Source: Spirochaetia bacterium
Lineage (GTDB): Bacteria > Spirochaetota > Spirochaetia > WTKD01 > G963693115
NCBI GenBank assembly: GCA_965226055.1
Contig: CBDDCA010000005.1
Span: forward strand, 160,001 to 224,000
Direction: 5' to 3'
Length of the DNA: 64,000 bases
Shown: one piece after another, positions 62,166-64,000 of the stretch
Position numbering within the stretch: position 1 is the first letter of the stretch
Layout of the letters: each line of letters starts with the position of its first letter
Translations under genes and position numbers: made by a program
The notes under the pieces: model-generated
What the model was told of the DNA's origin: nothing
What the model saw: the letters and a program-made list of their open reading frames with translations, nothing else
Databases searched by the model: none

Positions 62166-62567
62166 ATGATATATTTTGACATATTACTTAGCATTTTATT
62201 ACTGTTGATAGCTGTAGAGCATTTTTATTTTTTATTACTAGAAATGTTTTTTTGGACAAGTCCTAAAGTAATGAAAATATTTAAGATACAAAAGAAAGAA
62301 ATTGCAGAAGATAGTAAAACTTTAGCTGCTAACTTAGGGCTTTATAATGGATTTTTAGCAATAGGTATTCTATTAGCAACATTCCGCTTTATGATGTCTG
62401 GAAAATATGATTCCTATGGAACAATTATCTTTCTTCTCATATGTGTTACATGTGCTGGTATATACGGAGCATGGTCAACAAAAAACAAAAGAATTTTCTA
62501 TGTACAAGCCATGCCTGCACTACTTGCCCTCATTGTTATGCATATTCCTATACTCATATTCTTTTAG
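62166..62567 (+). CDS. DUF1304 membrane protein
   Basis: EH.Y...LEMF.W, LAAN.GLYNGFLA.G, YGA.S, F.VQA.PA. Confidence 0.88.
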   Translation: MIYFDILLSILLLLIAVEHFYFLLLEMFFWTSPKVMKIFKIQKKEIAEDSKTLAANLGLYNGFLAIGILLATFRFMMSGKYDSYGTIIFLLICVTCAGIYGAWSTKNKRIFYVQAMPALLALIVMHIPILIFF

Positions 62568-62605
62568 GGTAAATAGTACTAATACATAGTAGCATAAATA
62601 ATACA

Positions 62606-63628
62606 ATGAGTTTTATACCAGATTGGATAGATAGCAGCCCCTTATTACCAATTCCTGCTATACAAAATCTTCCATTATGGTATATAACAAAAGAAGCCAA
62701 CATATCACTAAAAAAAAATTCCTGCACAGATTTTATTCTTTATTCACTTAATGGCAATAGAATCACTTCCCGTCCCTCTTTACAAAAAAATACCACTATT
62801 TCTCCCATTAAGAAAAACAAATATGTACAGACAGAATATTCAATCCTTTACTTACATGGCTACGCTAGCAGTCCAAAAGAACAATATCCTTTAGTTGATA
62901 TCATTAGTAAAAAACTAAAAGCAAATACTATTGCTATCCGTATGGATAGACACGGAACATCACTAGGATCAATGCATTTTCTTTCACAAGAACAATGGTA
63001 TCAATCAGCACTTGAAGGACTTACCGTTGCCAACAAACTAGGGAAAAAAGTTATTGTTATCAGCTGTTCTACAGGCTCCACATTAGGACTACTCCTTTCG
63101 GCTCGAAAAACTGCACATATAGAACAAAGTTTACATATTTGTCTTTCCCCAAACCTTGGCATTTATCTTAGCAAATTAGTAAGAATACTATATTTACATC
63201 CATTAGTACAAAGAGTTATATACTATATCTCGTATCTTGCAAAACATTCAGCAATAGTATTAAAAGCTAAGGCACATAACACATTTCATGAATCTATCAC
63301 TACATTAGATCAACCACTTTCAGCAGTACACCCTATGTTACAACTTGTATATCTACTATGGAACATAAGAAAAAAAACTCCCCATCGCTTCATCGTACCG
63401 ACAACAGTGTTTGCCCAAGAAAATGATAGAGTAGTAGATTTTGCTCTCACAAAAAAATTTTTTAAGAACCTCGCCTCCACCCACTTTGCTCAATTACCTA
63501 CTGCCACATTTACACACTCACATGTTCTTGCGGGCGATGCACTTTCTCCCGATACAACAAACTCTATAGCAAATGCTATACTTACTACCATTACTCACCA
63601 TTTCAAAAACAGAAAGGAGCATGTATGA
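62606..63628 (+). CDS. Alpha/beta hydrolase (esterase/lysophospholipase-like)
   Basis: YLHGY, nucleophile elbow SCSTG, D..V, HVLAG. Confidence 0.8.
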   Translation: MSFIPDWIDSSPLLPIPAIQNLPLWYITKEANISLKKNSCTDFILYSLNGNRITSRPSLQKNTTISPIKKNKYVQTEYSILYLHGYASSPKEQYPLVDIISKKLKANTIAIRMDRHGTSLGSMHFLSQEQWYQSALEGLTVANKLGKKVIVISCSTGSTLGLLLSARKTAHIEQSLHICLSPNLGIYLSKLVRILYLHPLVQRVIYYISYLAKHSAIVLKAKAHNTFHESITTLDQPLSAVHPMLQLVYLLWNIRKKTPHRFIVPTTVFAQENDRVVDFALTKKFFKNLASTHFAQLPTATFTHSHVLAGDALSPDTTNSIANAILTTITHHFKNRKEHV

Positions 63629-64000
63629 AAAATATACTACGATACAGTAAAGGACTCATTTATCTATACTTTACTGCCTATTCACTCATCGTATTTGAGC
63701 TTACCATTAGTATCTGTCTCATACTACGAGGAAGAGAAACATGTGATACACTCATCAATACACTGACAGTACAATTAGCTCGACTCTATCGCCTTATCTA
63801 TCGAGTATTACATGGCACACGAGTTATCATTGATACATCCGTACAGCTCCCTTCACATCAATCTCATCTTGTACTATCTAGCCACAAAGGAGCATCTGAT
63901 TTTTTTGTATTACCATTATTACTCCCTACCCCTCCACGTTTTATAGCAAAACAAGAACTAGGAAAAGCCTTCCCTATTGTTAATATTCCTACTATATCAA
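63625..64000 (+). CDS. 1-acyl-sn-glycerol-3-phosphate acyltransferase family, 3'-partial
   Basis: Hand translation from ATG 63625 (ATGA overlap with the upstream stop): SHKGASD (HxxxxD) and RFIAKQEL. Confidence 0.85.
   Translation, partial: MKNILRYSKGLIYLYFTAYSLIVFELTISICLILRGRETCDTLINTLTVQLARLYRLIYRVLHGTRVIIDTSVQLPSHQSHLVLSSHKGASDFFVLPLLLPTPPRFIAKQELGKAFPIVNIPTIS

Overview
AT-rich bacterial chromosomal window, most consistent with a host-associated spirochete. The evidence is the rpsF-ssb-rpsR-DUF2232-rplI-dnaB block, the surE/TPR/NHL/lnt and rho-rpmE neighbourhoods, a SpiroCoCo-type coiled-coil gene and many lipoproteins. The + strand is C/A-skewed, so the minus strand is probably leading. 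Core genes are interleaved with accessory loci. (i) tRNA-fMet-yhhQ-tgt (Chlamydia-type queuine salvage signature) plus a glycosyltransferase, converging on psuK-psuG. (ii) Two giant surface lipoproteins share a DUF285/BspA-like tip on different stalks: a 270-bp Ig tandem array in one, FN3-like domains in the other. The second is frameshifted at a G15 tract in its signal-peptide region (candidate phase variation, OFF as assembled), has anomalous strand skew, and lies between a nested inverted-repeat element and an orphan DNA methyltransferase. (iii) RND efflux operon, DASS-MalY, an unannotated 666-aa GT-A-like protein and an ATPase-less ABC pair. Two short dispersed intergenic repeat families were found by eye. 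No CRISPR array, rRNA, transposase, integrase or reverse transcriptase is visible. Family assignments come from motif recognition, not database searches.
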